Source: Macrostomum hystrix (taxonomy: Eukaryota; Animalia; Platyhelminthes). Taken from it: a stretch of 64,000 bases of DNA. Location: the NCBI GenBank assembly GCA_950097015.1, contig CATNEN010000039.1:1736001-1800000 (forward strand), written 5' to 3'. Positions 35,984-49,661 of this stretch are shown here, in pieces. The stretch's first letter is position 1; every line of letters begins with the position of its first letter. A model generated the notes under the pieces. It made no database searches, was not told where the DNA came from, and was given only the letters and a program-made list of their open reading frames with translations. The position numbers were made by a program, and so were the translations under genes.

Positions 35984-36476
35984 GTGACTGAGTGGGTGAT
36001 AAAGCTGCTGACTGAGTGACAGAGCTGCTGACTGAGTGACAGAGCTGCTGACTGTGTGACTGGAGCTGCTGACTGAGTGACAGAGCTGCTGATTGAGTGA
36101 CAGAGCTGCTGACTGTGTGACTGGAGCTGCTGACTGAGTGACTGAGCTGCTGACTGAGTGACTGAGCTGCTGACTGAGTGACTGAGCTGCTGACTGAGTG
36201 ACTGAGCTGCTGATTGAGTGACTGAGCTGCTGACTGAGTGACTGAGCTGCTGACTGAGTGACTGAGCTGCTGACTGAGTGACTGAAGCTGCTGACTGAGT
36301 GACTGAGCTGCTCACTGAGTGACAGAGCTGCTGACTGAGTGACTGAGCTGCTCACTGAGTGACAGAGCTGCTGACTGAGTGACAGAGCCGCTGAATGAGT
36401 GACTGAGTGATAAAGCCGCTGATTGAGTGACTGAGTGACAGAGTGATAAAGCCGCTGATTGAGTGACTGAGTGACA
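35984..36476. repeat. 20-bp minisatellite (GCTGCTGACTGAGTGACTGA)
   Basis: Tandem units. Confidence 0.95.
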
Positions 36477-37347
36477 GGACAGATAGTCCATGGCCTCTAA
36501 GGTGCGTCAGAGAATGTCAATCAGCTTGGGCTAATTAAGTGCTGCCAGAGTTTGGCATTGACGCAAAGAAGAACCTCAATGGCACTCAGTGACCCACTAT
36601 AGCTCGGCATGAGCTGTGCAATCTAGAACAGGTTTCGGGTGCCCCCCAACCCCAAATGGTCGAGAGTGCTTCTATGAAAGTTCTCATAGCTGACCACCTG
36701 CCGTCCCATGCAGGCGCAAAGGCCCAACGAGCTGCTGCCGCTCGAACGCACACTCTGATATTTTCTCAAACGCGAGCTGGCCAACGCTCTTCGCATTTTT
36801 CGCAATTTAAAGACTCACAGAAAGAGTAGGTGAGCGGGCGGGCCCGGCTTCCTGGCCAAATGTACTTGCGCAATGGCTGCGGCCCAGCCAACTGAGCAGA
36901 TACTATGCCTGCCTTGGAATATCTGTAGAGAGGCTTGGCTGAAAAGCCATTGCAGAGAAGCAGGAGAGAGGAGAGAGAGCTGCCTTTAATGCCACCAACC
37001 CCACCCAGTAAGGTAGAACTTTGTTTAACTTGCAGCCTGCGGTTCTGTGCTCGCGACGCCCACAACATCGCAGGCGCCCTCTCCCTCCTGTCTCACTCAT
37101 CGGTACAGAAAATTATTGTGAAAAAGGAGGCGAAAGAGAGAACGAAAAAAAAGAAAAAAGAAGTGGAATAAAGAGGCCGCGGCGCTGGTGCTTGGCTTCC
37201 TGTCACACGAAGCTCACACAAACACTTTGTCTTCAGTGGCGCAGCAGCGCGTGCCAGACGCTGCCGGCTGTTGCTGAATGAATTCGAAATCAGCCGCATT
37301 CCTGACGCCTCTCTAGACGGACAGCACCGCCGGCGGCCGCTCAGCCA

Positions 37348-39030
37348 ATGGACGCGGACAAAGACCGCAAAACCACGGCGCCGGCTTCCACAATTCGCGA
37401 CTTGACACCGGCAGCCGCCGCAGCCGCCGCGGCGGACACAATCAGCCGGCTGAGGCGGATGCTGCTGAAGATCAACGCCGAGAAAAAAGCCGAAAAGCAG
37501 CTGCAAAGGACGCAGGAAAAGAGGAAGCCGGACGAAAAACGCGAGAAAGGGACGGCCACTGCGCCGATAAGAAGCAACCACGGCTGCCACCCTGACCGGC
37601 CCGGCTGCCAGCCTGTCATCGTCCACCTGCCCGACGAGCTTTTTGACGACCCCAGCAGCGGAGACGAAGACGGCGAGGACGATGACGACGAAGAAGAGGA
37701 AGAAGAAGATGACGACGGTGGCGAGGAGGGCGACAACGATGATGACGAGTCCGAGGAAGATCGCGAGCAGCGCAGAGCGCTTCGCCGTCTCCTGCCGCAG
37801 CCGTTAAAGCGCAACGGTCACTTGACGCTCAAAATCGACGACGCAGCTCTGCGCGACCTCCTGCAGAGCATCGCCAGCCGATTCGAGCCCGGCCAGCCGG
37901 ATATGCTGGACCGCGTCATCGCCATGTTCAACTCCGGTCGTTGCCTAGGTCCGGAGTTCGAAGCCCAGATGCGAAGGCTACGCGCTCAGCAGCGCCGTCT
38001 GCAGCGACGTCGTCAAAGACGTGCGCTGGACCCAAACTGGACGCCCGGCCGGCGGTTGATGAGCATGGCGGAGTGCTTTCGCAGCCTCGGCCGAATTCTG
38101 GGCGGCGGCAGCGGCGAGGACGGCGGAAGTGCCGGCATCGGCGGCGGCAATGGACTCGCTCTGGACGACATTGCATCAGCAGCAGCGCTACCTGACTCCC
38201 TCTCGCCACCTCCAACTCCTTCACTGCCTTCGCAGCCGCCTTTGGACACTGTTGATTATCCAGACGAAGGCCTGGCTATCGCATCACCCTCGCCGACAAT
38301 GTCCCCCTCGCCGCCATCTTCTCCGTCACCGCCGCCGCCGCACTCGACGGCGCATCAATCATCAGGCGAGCTGCGCCTCGAGATCACCGAGGCGACCCTT
38401 GCACAGCTGGGCTCGCTAAAGCCGGAGACCGAGTGTCATTTACGCGGCGTCTTGCTCAGCTCGCTGCTGCCTTCGCCGACGACTAACTACTGCCTGGCGG
38501 AGCCGGAGCCGCCGCTCGAGCTTCGCTGGCTTCGGCGCTGCGCCCGACAGTCCAGCTACAGGCGCGAGTGGGACCGCCGGCTGGCCGACTGTATCGGCGA
38601 CATGCTTCAGCGCCGCTTGTCTGGAGCACTCTACGAGCCTGTGTGGTGCTCGCGACTGACCAACCTGCTGGCTAGCGACCTGCTGGAGCTGGTCATGCAC
38701 GAACTGGGCAACGAGTTCAAGGTAGTCGGCCTGCTGAGCATCGGCAGCGTGACAGAGATCGACAGGATGGCCATTGTGACTCGCTCAGCGCACTCGGAGG
38801 GCCTCGACACCTGCCGGGCGTTTCACTATCAGAACGAGTCGGTGTTTGCCATATTCACCTGCCACCTGTTCCAGCAGTGCGACCGGCTATTGATCTCAGA
38901 AGCGCCGCTGGATATTGACAACGCCGGTGCGACCTCGACAGCGTCGGCGGCTGCGGCGGCGGCGAGGCTGGCTGAGGAGGAAGCGGAGGACTCCGGACTC
39001 AGGCAGTGCGAAGATGTTGCGCTGATTTGA
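37348..39030 (+). CDS. Intronless 560-aa protein with a C-terminal Tctex-1 (dynein light chain-like) domain
   Basis: Long GC-rich ORF; segment CIGDMLQRRLSGALYEPVWCSRLTNLLASDLLE…FKVVGLLSIG…IVTRS…DT…YQNESVFAIFTC follows the Tctex-1 pattern; N-terminal basic, acidic and Pro-rich tracts. Confidence 0.8.
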   Translation: MDADKDRKTTAPASTIRDLTPAAAAAAAADTISRLRRMLLKINAEKKAEKQLQRTQEKRKPDEKREKGTATAPIRSNHGCHPDRPGCQPVIVHLPDELFDDPSSGDEDGEDDDDEEEEEEDDDGGEEGDNDDDESEEDREQRRALRRLLPQPLKRNGHLTLKIDDAALRDLLQSIASRFEPGQPDMLDRVIAMFNSGRCLGPEFEAQMRRLRAQQRRLQRRRQRRALDPNWTPGRRLMSMAECFRSLGRILGGGSGEDGGSAGIGGGNGLALDDIASAAALPDSLSPPPTPSLPSQPPLDTVDYPDEGLAIASPSPTMSPSPPSSPSPPPPHSTAHQSSGELRLEITEATLAQLGSLKPETECHLRGVLLSSLLPSPTTNYCLAEPEPPLELRWLRRCARQSSYRREWDRRLADCIGDMLQRRLSGALYEPVWCSRLTNLLASDLLELVMHELGNEFKVVGLLSIGSVTEIDRMAIVTRSAHSEGLDTCRAFHYQNESVFAIFTCHLFQQCDRLLISEAPLDIDNAGATSTASAAAAAARLAEEEAEDSGLRQCEDVALI

Positions 39031-40614
39031 GTTCGATCTCATTGCAGTTTTTGCGAAAAGCTTCGTAAGCTCCCGCAGGACCAGGTTTAGGGGTTTGGAC
39101 TAGAAGGCAGGTATTAATTCCTCATCGACTGATCTAAAGACCTTCAGAAAAGTATTATGTTAGGAACGCTAGATGATGGTGGGGGTTATTTGCCTCATTG
39201 AAGCAGGTAGTCAGTTAGCAAAAAAGTTTCTACATTTCATTTCATTTTGATGCATTAAGTCACTTTTGCCCGACTTTGCTTAGTGATTGCTTCTGCTTTT
39301 CTATTTTTAGATGGTCGGTCATCTTGCCCTGGTGGCAATATTTTTCTCTCTTTGCCCAGAATGAAAAATGACTATTGATCATTTCGATTGCTAATTCGAT
39401 ATCAGCTCGTGGATAACTTTCAGTCAACAGTAAGTAAACTCTCGCATTTTTTATTAAAGTGCACATCATAGTTATAGTCTAGTTCTAGTAGTCTTATCGC
39501 ACAGTGGGGTGTGAAATTGGGGTGGTGGGTTTCTGTTTATAAATTAGGCTGTAGGCTGAAGCTGAAATTTGGGGTGGTGGATTCCTAGCTGTTGGCTTTA
39601 TGGCGCAGCGGGATTGAAATCAGGGTTTCTATTTTTAGCTTCAATTAAAACATGCAAGTTCAGTGTTAACAGATAGCGTGAAAACTAAGGAATGAAGCTA
39701 ATGGGGAATAAAACCTGGTATGGGATAGCCTGACACCAATCAAGGCTAAGCTTTGCTACAAAACGAGATAAGATTTAGGATTAGGATTTCTCTCGATTGA
39801 CTTTGAGTTGATAAGCAATCTGTGTTATTTTTTCCTTACCTCGCAGTTAGCTCGTACTAGATTACTAGAAATGCGTGTTAGAAATTACACAGAACTTGTT
39901 CCATCTCAAATCGTCAACCATCAGCTCATTGTTAAAAAACAAGGCCTCTCAAATAAACAAAAATGATTGAAGCCAACCTCAGGATTTATTTGCTTACCGA
40001 ATGGTATTTTTGCATGCTTTGGGTAGAACACATCAATTAGCTGTAATGCTATTAAAACGCGTTGATTACCTTCGCTGTTCATGTTTGTAAATCAACAGTC
40101 ACTGCATGTAGTGGGTCTCAATGCTAAGCACTTGCACTTTTCATTGTGAATTTTCTCAGTTCCGTAGCTGCGGCCGCGTAATGTTCGATCCAGATTCACT
40201 GTAGAACTTTTATTATGTTTCATTTTTTGTCGAGCCGCTGTATATTTATTGTTGATTTTTTACTATGTTAAAGATTTCTTCTCCTGCTTGCTCAAGCGTC
40301 CAGTCGCTGCTTGCAACATTTTCTGTTGCTAGCCGCATGTCAAACGGCATCTCAAAACCGCGCTCGCTTAACTTAGTAATTTCTTTACGGTATTTCAATT
40401 CTTCTTCTCTTAAATAAAGCGCTTCATTTGAATTCGCGCGATTAAGCGCAATCTATTTAGCGCCGTATTAAAACAAAGAAAATCAACAAAACGATGGGTG
40501 ATTCTAGATGGAAAACTCATATAGTTTGTGATTTGCTCTATTGCTACTTGCTAGCATTGTTTGCTTTAGATTTGGCTGCATTGGTGCCTCAAGATCTAAG
40601 CCGTCCTCAACCCG

Positions 40615-42706
40615 ATCTATCCTACATGGATGAAGGATTAGAATGGATTGCTAATCTATCCCATGGATGAAGGATTGGAATGGATTGCTAATCTATCCCA
40701 TGGATGAAGGATTAGAATGGATTGCTAATCTATCCCATGGATGAAGGATTGGAATGGATTGCTAATCTATCCCATGGATGAAGGATTAGAATGGATTGCT
40801 AATCTATCCCATGGATGAAGGATTAGAATGGATTGCTAATCTATCCCATGGATGAAGGATTAGAATGGATTGCTAATCTATCCCATGGATGAAGGATTAG
40901 AATGGATTGCTAATCTATCCCATGGATGAAGGATTAGAATGGATTGCTAATCTATCCCATGGATGAAGGATTAGAATGGATTGCTAATCTATCCCATGGA
41001 TGAAGGATTAGAATGGATTGCTTATCTATCCTACATGGATGAAGGATTAGAATGGATTGCTAATCTATCCCATGGATGAAGGATTAGAATGGATTGCTAA
41101 TCTATCCCATGGATGAAGGATTAGAATGGATTGCTAATCTATCCCATGGATGAAGGATTAGAATGGATTGCTTATCTATCCTACATGGATGAAGGATTAG
41201 AATGGATTGCTAATCTATCCCATGGATGAAGGATTGGAATGGATTGCTAATCTATCCCATGGATGAAGGATTAGAATGGATTGCTAATCTATCCCATGGA
41301 TGAAGGATTGGAATGGATTGCTAATCTATCCCATGGATGAAGGATTAGAATGGATTGCTAATCTATCCCATGGATGAAGGATTAGAATGGATTGCTAATC
41401 TATCCCATGGATGAAGGATTAGAATGGATTGCTAATCTATCCCATGGATGAAGGATTAGAATGGATTGCTAATCTATCCCATGGATGAAGGATTAGAATG
41501 GATTGCTAATCTATCCCATGGATGAAGGATTAGAATGGATTGCTTATCTATCCTACATGGATGAAGGATTAGAATGGATTGCTAATCTATCCCATGGATG
41601 AAGGATTAGAATGGATTGCTAATCTATCCCATGGATGAAGGATTAGAATGGATTGCTAATCTATCCCATGGATGAAGGATTAAAATGGATTGCTAATCTA
41701 TCCCATGGATGAAGGATAAGAATGGATTACTACTCATCCCATGGATGAAGGATAAGAATGGATTGCTAATCTATCCCATGGATGAAGGATTAGAATGGAT
41801 TGCTAATCTATCCCATGGATGAAGGATTAGAATGGATTGCTAATCTATCCCATGGATGAAGGATTAAAATGGATTGCTAATCTATCCCATGGATGAAGGA
41901 TAAGAATGGATTACTACTCATCCCATGGATGAAGGATTAGAATGGATTGCTAATCTATCCCATGGATGAAGGATTAGAATGGATTGCTAATCTATCCCAT
42001 GGATGAAGGATTAGAATGGATTGCTAATCTATCCCATGGATGAAGGATTAGAATGGATTGCTTATCTATCCTACATGGATGAAGGATTAGAATGGATTGC
42101 TAATCTATCCCATGGATGAAGGATTGGAATGGATTGCTAATCTATCCCATGGATGAAGGATTAGAATGGATTGCTAATCTATCCCATGGATGAAGGATTG
42201 GAATGGATTGCTAATCTATCCCATGGATGAAGGATTAGAATGGATTGCTAATCTATCCCATGGATGAAGGATTAGAATGGATTGCTAATCTATCCCATGG
42301 ATGAAGGATTAGAATGGATTGCTAATCTATCCCATGGATGAAGGATTAGAATGGATTGCTAATCTATCCCATGGATGAAGGATTAGAATGGATTGCTTAT
42401 CTATCCTACATGGATGAAGGATTAGAATGGATTGCTAATCTATCCCATGGATGAAGGATTAGAATGGATTGCTTATCTATCCTACATGGATGAAGGATTA
42501 GAATGGATTGCTAATCTATCCCATGGATGAAGGATTAGAATGGATTGCTAATCTATCCCATGGATGAAGGATTAGAATGGATTGCTAATCTATCCCATGG
42601 ATGAAGGATTAAAATGGATTGCTAATCTATCCCATGGATGAAGGATAAGAATGGATTACTACTCATCCCATGGATGAAGGATTTGAATGGATTGCTAATT
42701 TAGCCC
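40615..42706 (-). repeat. 37-bp minisatellite (CATGGATGAAGGATTAGAATGGATTGCTAATCTATCC)
   Basis: About 56 units; reverse complement of the 15427-15962 unit. Confidence 0.97.
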
Positions 42707-43667
42707 ATCTACATCTACAATTGGACAAGTTTTCTTAGACATTAGTTTGGCAAGAGCCATGAAGTTTCTACTCAAACACTTTTCTCATCCGATTGCACTT
42801 TTATCGGCCGATCGCATTCCCTAGCTCGCAGGACAAGGCGGTAGGTAATTAGCGCCTGCTAAGGTGGCAGTGGTCCAGTCAGATAAGCCGAGTCAGAGGG
42901 CTGGATGATAAAATTTCGCCTAGTAACGAGCTAGGAAGCCCGAGATAGTGCGACAGGGACAGGGGCGGCGCGAGTGTGCTGAAGTGCTGAGCTCAATTAC
43001 CAATGCCCGGCCTGCTTTAGTAAATATGAGCAGAAAAAGCGCCCCCAGGGCTTCTCTGGCTTCTCCGGACTCAGAAGAGAGTGAGGGGCGGCCCGATGCA
43101 CAATTTCGATGCCTGAGTTCATTCTTATTTAGAAAAAACGCACTGCATTCTTGAGCACATGCGCATTCATTTGAAATAAAACCGAGGACTGTGTCTCAGG
43201 AACGCAAGATGTGCTCCATTTGCTGCATTCTTCTCAGTGAAAAAAGCAGTCACCGCTGCAATGAGCATCTGCTCGGACCCTGACAGCCAACTGGGGCTGC
43301 TTTTTTGGCTTCTGCTTTCACAGTGGCCAGGTATAGAGATGAAGAATAGTGAAGTGGCCGTCCACGCAGTCAGGTCAACAGGCTGCTTTGGTCAACAGAG
43401 CAATGGGCCTGCCTGCTTCACAATAGACTGGCCGTGGTGTTTACAGAAAACGCGCAATTCAATTTGATTTGTATTCGCTAGCATTGACTGGCTGAATTCA
43501 GCAGATCTGAAACCAACTCAAATAGCTCTGCGTGGGCCGACTGGCCGACTGATTGTCATGGCGAGACAAAAGAGGCAAACCAGAGGATTTCTAAAACAAT
43601 GCGATTTCTCAATCACACATAGAACTCTGCAGCATTTCTGACATCAAAGGACTCTTTAATAGTGGGG

Positions 43668-44928
43668 TTTCCTGTAGCAATGGGATTCCTGTAGCAATGG
43701 GATTCCTGTAGCAATGGGATTCCTGTAGCAATGGGATTCCTGTAGCAATGGGATTCCTGTAGCAATGGGTCTCCTGTAGCAATGGGATTCCTGTAGCAAT
43801 GGGATTCCTGTAGCAATGGGATTCCTGTAGCAATGGGATTCCTGTAGCAATGGGTTTCCTGTAGCAATGGGATTCCTGTAGCAATGGGACTCCTGTAGCA
43901 ATGGGACTCCTGTAGCAATGGGATTCCTGTAGCAATGGGATTCCTGTAGCAATAGGATTCCTGTAGCAATGGGTCTCCTGTAGCAATGGGATTCCTGTAG
44001 CAATGGGATTCCTGTAGCAATGGGATTCCTGTAGCAATGGGATTCCTGTAGCAATGGGATTCCTGCAGCAATAGGATTCCTGTAGCAATGGGTCTCCTGT
44101 AGCAATGGGATTCCTGTAGCAATGGGATTCCTGTAGCAATGGGATTCCTGTAGCAATAGGATTCCTGTAGCAATGGGTCTCCTGTAGCAATAGGATTCCT
44201 GTAGCAATGGGATTCCTGTAGCAATGGGATTCCTGTAGCAATGGGATTCCTGTAGCAATGGGATTCCTGTAGCAATGGGATTCCTGTAGCAATGGGTTTC
44301 CTGTAGCAATGGGATTCCTGTAGCAATGGTACTCCTGTAGCAATGGGATTCCTGTAGCAATGGGATTCCTGTAGCAATGGGACTCCTGTAGCAATGGGAT
44401 TCCTGTAGCAATGGGATTCCTGTAGCAATGGGATTCCTGTAGCAATGGGATTCCTGTAGCAATGGGTTTCCTGTAGCAATGGGATTCCTGTAGCAATGGT
44501 ACTCCTGTAGCAATGGGATTCCTGTAGCAATGGGATTCCCGTAGCAATGGGACTCCTGTAGCAATGGGATTCCTGTAGCAATGGGATTCCTGTAGCAATG
44601 GGACTCCTGTAGCAATGGGATTCCTGTAGCAATGGGATTCCTGTAGCAATGGGATTCCTGTAGCAATGGGATTCCTGTAGCAATGGGATTCCTGTAGCAA
44701 TAGGATTCCTGTAGCAATGGGTCTCCTGTAGCAATGGGATTCCTGTAGCAATGGGATTCCTGTAGCAATAGGATTCCTGTAGCAATGGGTCTCCTGTAGC
44801 AATGGGATTCCTGTATAGCAATGGGATTCCTGTAGCAATGGGATTCCTGTAGCAATGGGATTCCTGTAGCAATGGGATTCCTGTAGCAATGGGATTCCTG
44901 TAGCAATGGAGTTCCAGTAACAATGGGG
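43668..44928. repeat. 17-bp minisatellite (CCTGTAGCAATGGGATT)
   Basis: About 73 units; explains three long minus-strand ORFs. Confidence 0.97.
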
Positions 44929-45040
44929 TTTACAAATAGGGGATTTCTAAAAACAAAAAAGTTTTTAGCAAGGCGGTTTCCGAATCGAGGTATTTTTTAA
45001 CACGGATTTTTGCCGCCTAGAAATTACCTATTTGTGAAGG

Positions 45041-45172
45041 CAAGCTATAAGTGCTACAGGTTTTCAAGCTATAAGTGCTACAGGTTTTCAAGCTATAAGT
45101 GCTACAGGTTTTCAAGCTATAAGTGCTACAGGTTTTCAAGCTATAAGTGCTACAGGTTTTCAAGCTATAAGT
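45041..45172. repeat. 24-bp tandem repeat (CAAGCTATAAGTGCTACAGGTTTT)
   Basis: About 5.5 perfect units. Confidence 0.95.
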
Positions 45173-45507
45173 GGTGCAAATTTTCAAAGAAAATTGCAGT
45201 CACGCAGCTTGATCTCAGTTGCTGATCACAGACGCGAAAGTGACTTGTGAGCACACCAGCGGCTGAGCCGGTGGCCCAGCAACACAGGGCCGGCCTGTCG
45301 CTCCTAGCAGGCAAAAGTGCTAATTAAATTTGTAGCCACCCAACGGCCGTAACAAGGGCTGAGGGCTTCAGCATTCTGATTAGATTAGACCTTGGCCATG
45401 TCTAGACAGACTGGCAGACTGACACTCGCTAACAATGCCTTTTGATGCCTTACTTATATATCATTTAGTAACCACTGGCTAGAGACACAAACAAACAAAC
45501 ACAATCA

Positions 45508-45810
45508 GGGATTTTGAATCTGGGATTTTGAATCTAGGATTTTGAATCTGGGATTTTGAATCTGGGATTTTGAATCTTGGATTTTCAATCTGGGATTTTC
45601 AATCTGGGATTTTCAATCTGGGATTTTGAATCTGGGATTTTGAATCTGGGATTTTCAATCTGGGATTTTCAATCTGGGATTTTCAATCTGGGATTTTCAA
45701 TCTGGGATTTTCAATCTGGGATTTTCAATCTGGGATTTTCAATCTGGGATTTTCAATCTGGGATTTTCAATCTGGGATTTTCAATCTGGGATTTTCAATC
45801 TGGTATTTTC
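45508..45810. repeat. 14-bp minisatellite (TGGGATTTTCAATC)
   Basis: About 21 units. Confidence 0.96.
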
Positions 45811-46430
45811 GGATTTAGAATCCGAGTTTCCTTGACTTTCACTCCTTAGATTAGGATGCAATTCTGTTGGTGGAATGAGTTGCATGTCAAGCTTTTAAGT
45901 AACTGTGTTGCCAGGGCGCTGAAGTGCATCGCCTTCTGTTAAAAGCTTGACCCCCAGAGCTCTCAGCTAATCTCCGGGCCTGATTCGGTTTCTCCCCGCT
46001 CGACAATCATTTGAGTTCGAAGGCTCCGATCTGTGCTCTTCTCTCCCAAGCCTCGGTCCGCTGATCCCTGCTTGTGAGTCTTCCGTTCTCTTTTCGTTAG
46101 GGATTTCTTTGGGATATTTCTAAGGGGAATTCGGGAACAAGAAGACACTCGGCGGAGACGGAGTGGGTGGGAGGGGCCGTCAGCTGCAGGCGGCTGAGTG
46201 TCCTGACGCTTCACTTATTTAACAGTGGATTTCCGCGCCTCAGGCAAACTGCGGTGCTTTAGGAATATTCCCGGATGATTTGTGGAAGATTAAAATCTAA
46301 ATAGAAAATCTTCTTCTACTGGCACAGCCGATCTGCTAGGTGAGAAGCCAACGAGCGATTCCGACCCAATGCCATCGCCCGAACTCATAGATGAAATGGA
46401 AACTGCTCAGCCCATGCAGCTGCGCCGGAT

Positions 46431-46557
46431 CTGTTCAGTCCGTGGACAGATCCAGTAGGCTGCTGTTCAGTCCGTGGACAGATCCAGTAGGCTGCTGTTC
46501 AGTCCGTGGACAGATCCAGTAGGCTGCTGTTCAGTCCGTGGACAGATCCAGTAGGCT
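46431..46557. repeat. 32-bp tandem repeat (CTGTTCAGTCCGTGGACAGATCCAGTAGGCTG)
   Basis: Four essentially perfect units. Confidence 0.95.
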
Positions 46558-46921
46558 ACACCCACCTCAAGCTTTCCAACTATAAGGACCTCTAAATGCT
46601 AACTGGTCTGGCGGTTCTGCAGTTAACAGAAACTCGGACTCAAAGTTTTAGAACAGGACGAGTCCTTCAGAGCGCGCAATAATTAAGAAAGGAATATAAA
46701 GATAACATATTTTCATATTACAGTCAGGGCTGAGTGACAGACAGCACTGATTTGAAATGGCTGTCACTTCAACCAGCAAGTGTATATTATCTATATCTCC
46801 AGTTTAAAATAGTTTAAAATTGAGTACAAATTAAAAGTTGCCTCACCAGCTCAAAATGGTCTCAGCAGAGATCTCACAGCTGCTTATCGGGTGGCTGAAT
46901 TTTTGAAATTCAGCATTTCAT

Positions 46922-46953
<32 letters not shown>

Positions 46954-47143
46954 GTTATTATTCTACAGCGTTAATTTGAGGCGCATGTCATGTCAAAATT
47001 GTGTACATCATTTGTGCAATAATTCAGTTATTAAGCGAGCTCTAAAGGTAGAATCAAGAAGAAAAAAAACTTTTTCAAATGTTCGGAATCAAATAATGTT
47101 AGGGATCGCACAGCACATTTGAGCAGTGAGCAGATCAGAGGGT

Positions 47144-48223
47144 TCAACTCGCTGCGAGCCGCTTGCCCTCCTTGCCTGTGGCCTGCTGCTGTTGCTGCTG
47201 CTGCTGCTGCTGGCTTGACTGCCCGAGAGGCGTGGCCGGCCGCCACCGCTCCAGTGCAGCCACTTGTCGTTCGTCTTCGTGAACGCGCCTCCCTCGTGCC
47301 TTCGTGGCGTAGTCCGGCCTATTCGTTGAGCGAAAATAATTGTTTTGCCTGCTGTCAGTTTCGATATCCCCTACTGGCTACTTCACAGTAGCATGAATGA
47401 GAACTTTATATTAAGGATCTACTTGCCGAACTCACCCAAGCGGCTTCTCCAATGGAAACAATGGTATAAAAGTCTCCGGCCGTCTTGTTCCGTTTCCACT
47501 GTGGGATTTGAAATTAGGATTGAGTTTCTACTCGTACGAAGCCTATTGTGAGCAGTTTGGCAGCTCACCCGAAGTTCACGGCGGGGACGGTGGCGCCCTG
47601 CTTGTAGAAGTCGGGCGCGTACTCGGCGGCCTGATAGATTTTGTCGCCGTGGGCGGCTGAGCAGAAGCCGTTGCGCTGGTCGATCTGGGCCTCTGGGTTA
47701 GGATTGAAGAGATGGGGAGGTGCCGTTTCGTGGCGCAGGAGAATTACAGAAACAGTCGGAAACTGTGCCTCACCCTTCCGCTTGCTGCCCATTGTGGCGT
47801 CAAAGTCCACGTGGTCGCAGCTGTACTCGCTGCGCTTGTGCTGCTTGTCGACGCCGAAGAAGCACTTCTTGCCAGTTGGATAGCCGTTGGTGTAGTAGGA
47901 CCACTCCATTGCAGAGCAGCTGTTCGAGCCTGGGTTCGGATTGGACAGCAGCTGCTGTTGCGAACTGGACTACTCACAGTAGCGATGCAAGGAAATTAAC
48001 GATCCTAAGTTTTCTGGCTACTCCTCACCTGGAAAGGTGCGCAGATGCGAGGACAGCTCAGGCCAGAGCTGCTCATTCTTGCGAGCGTCGTTCCGCGGCG
48101 ACGGAATGTAGCGCAGCGACGACTTCCAATCCGGCCCGCAGCTGCGTGAGTGGCGCATTGCAGCAGTAACTATTGAGGTGACTAAGTAAACTAACAAACT
48201 AACAAACTAACAAACAAACAAAC

Positions 48224-48314
<91 letters not shown>

Positions 48315-48328
48315 GTAACTAACTAGCC

Positions 48329-48381
<53 letters not shown>

Positions 48382-48384
48382 GCC

Positions 48385-48450
<66 letters not shown>

Positions 48451-48464
48451 GTAACTAACTAGCC

Positions 48465-48509
<45 letters not shown>

Positions 48510-48543
48510 GCTAACAAACTAACTAACAAACTAACTAACTAAG

Positions 48544-48633
<90 letters not shown>

Positions 48634-48636
48634 GCC

Positions 48637-48710
<74 letters not shown>

Positions 48711-48724
48711 GTAACTAACTAGCC

Positions 48725-48790
<66 letters not shown>

Positions 48791-49661
48791 GTAACTAACT
48801 AGCCAACTAACTAACTAACTAACTAACTAAATAACTAACTAAATAGCTAGCGAAAGTATAAATAACGCAGCTTCGTGAGCAGATAGACTACGTGTGGAAA
48901 TAAGATAGAATGATGCAATCAGAACTCGAAGCAGGTCAATCAGGTCATTGATCACTGATAATTTAGATAAAAACATTGATTATTAGAGAGCAGCAAAATG
49001 ATTACACAAGAATCATAAACAAAGAGTGAACAGTAATCGCGTGTATCAATTAAGCAGAGTGATATGATGGACAGCTCTTGTGCTCTGGAGCTGCATTGGC
49101 TTACAGTTTTAGTAAATGAGTGGTTCAGTTAGGCAGCTCGCCCACTCCATTGTCGACTGAAACCGATGAAAAACTGCATGAAGATAATTGGATAAGATAT
49201 GCATTTGCGAAATTTATTTGAATATTTTGGGTAGTTTAGAACTTATTTAGTTGCTATAAATTTTAAATCTAAAAAGTGTTAACTCAAGCGATGCAAATTA
49301 TTTTGTTAATAGTGACGTGGAAAAAAGGCTTTTGGTGAATCGAATGCACACCCTTGAGTAAGGACTCACTCTGTGTAATCCGGTTCCACGGCAATCGCAT
49401 GCGGTTTCCAGGCGGTGTCGTCGGTTGTGCAGTGGCCGTGGTGCAGGAACCGGCGTCGCCGCATCGTGTGACTCTCAGGTGGCTGCGCCTTCGTGTTGTG
49501 CTGCTCGGGAAAGTGCCGCTTTTCGCGCTCTTCAAAGCAGTAAATAGTCAACTTTCTACACTCAAAATTGGCATTTAAAATGAAAAAAATGTCATTCCAA
49601 ATTCGAAATGGAACTCACCGACAAATCCAGGCTTGCCAACTTCCGTTGTAACGTGCAGCAT
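47144..49661 (-). CDS. SPATS1: Spermatogenesis-associated serine-rich protein 1-like, ~304 aa; exons 49661-49619, 49529-49370, 48141-48029, 47929-47569, 47498-47436, 47318-47144
   Basis: Motifs GKKCFF, IDQRNG…GDKIYQAAEYAPDFYKQG…PAVNF, ETFIPLFPL and VAALERWRPATPL parallel the conserved SPATS1 C-terminal domain; all five introns are GT-AG with matching phases. Exact acceptors of exons 2 and 4 are inferred from phase. Confidence 0.82.
48181..48843. repeat. (CTAA)n microsatellite in SPATS1-like intron 2
   Basis: About 660 bp of CTAA with periodic AAGT/AGCC interruptions. Confidence 0.98.

Noticed and set aside
39499-39600. CACAGTG (Transib/RSS-like end) and recurrent AAATTTGG motifs
   Set aside because: No matching second terminus, nonamer or TSD found; probably old repeat fragments that I cannot classify.
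42800-46430. Scattered GC-moderate segments with splice-like sites
   Set aside because: Could not assemble a phase-consistent or recognisable coding model.
48181-48843. (CTAA)n / (TTAG)n as telomeric repeat
   Set aside because: It lacks the GG/GGG of TTAGG(G) and lies inside an intron.
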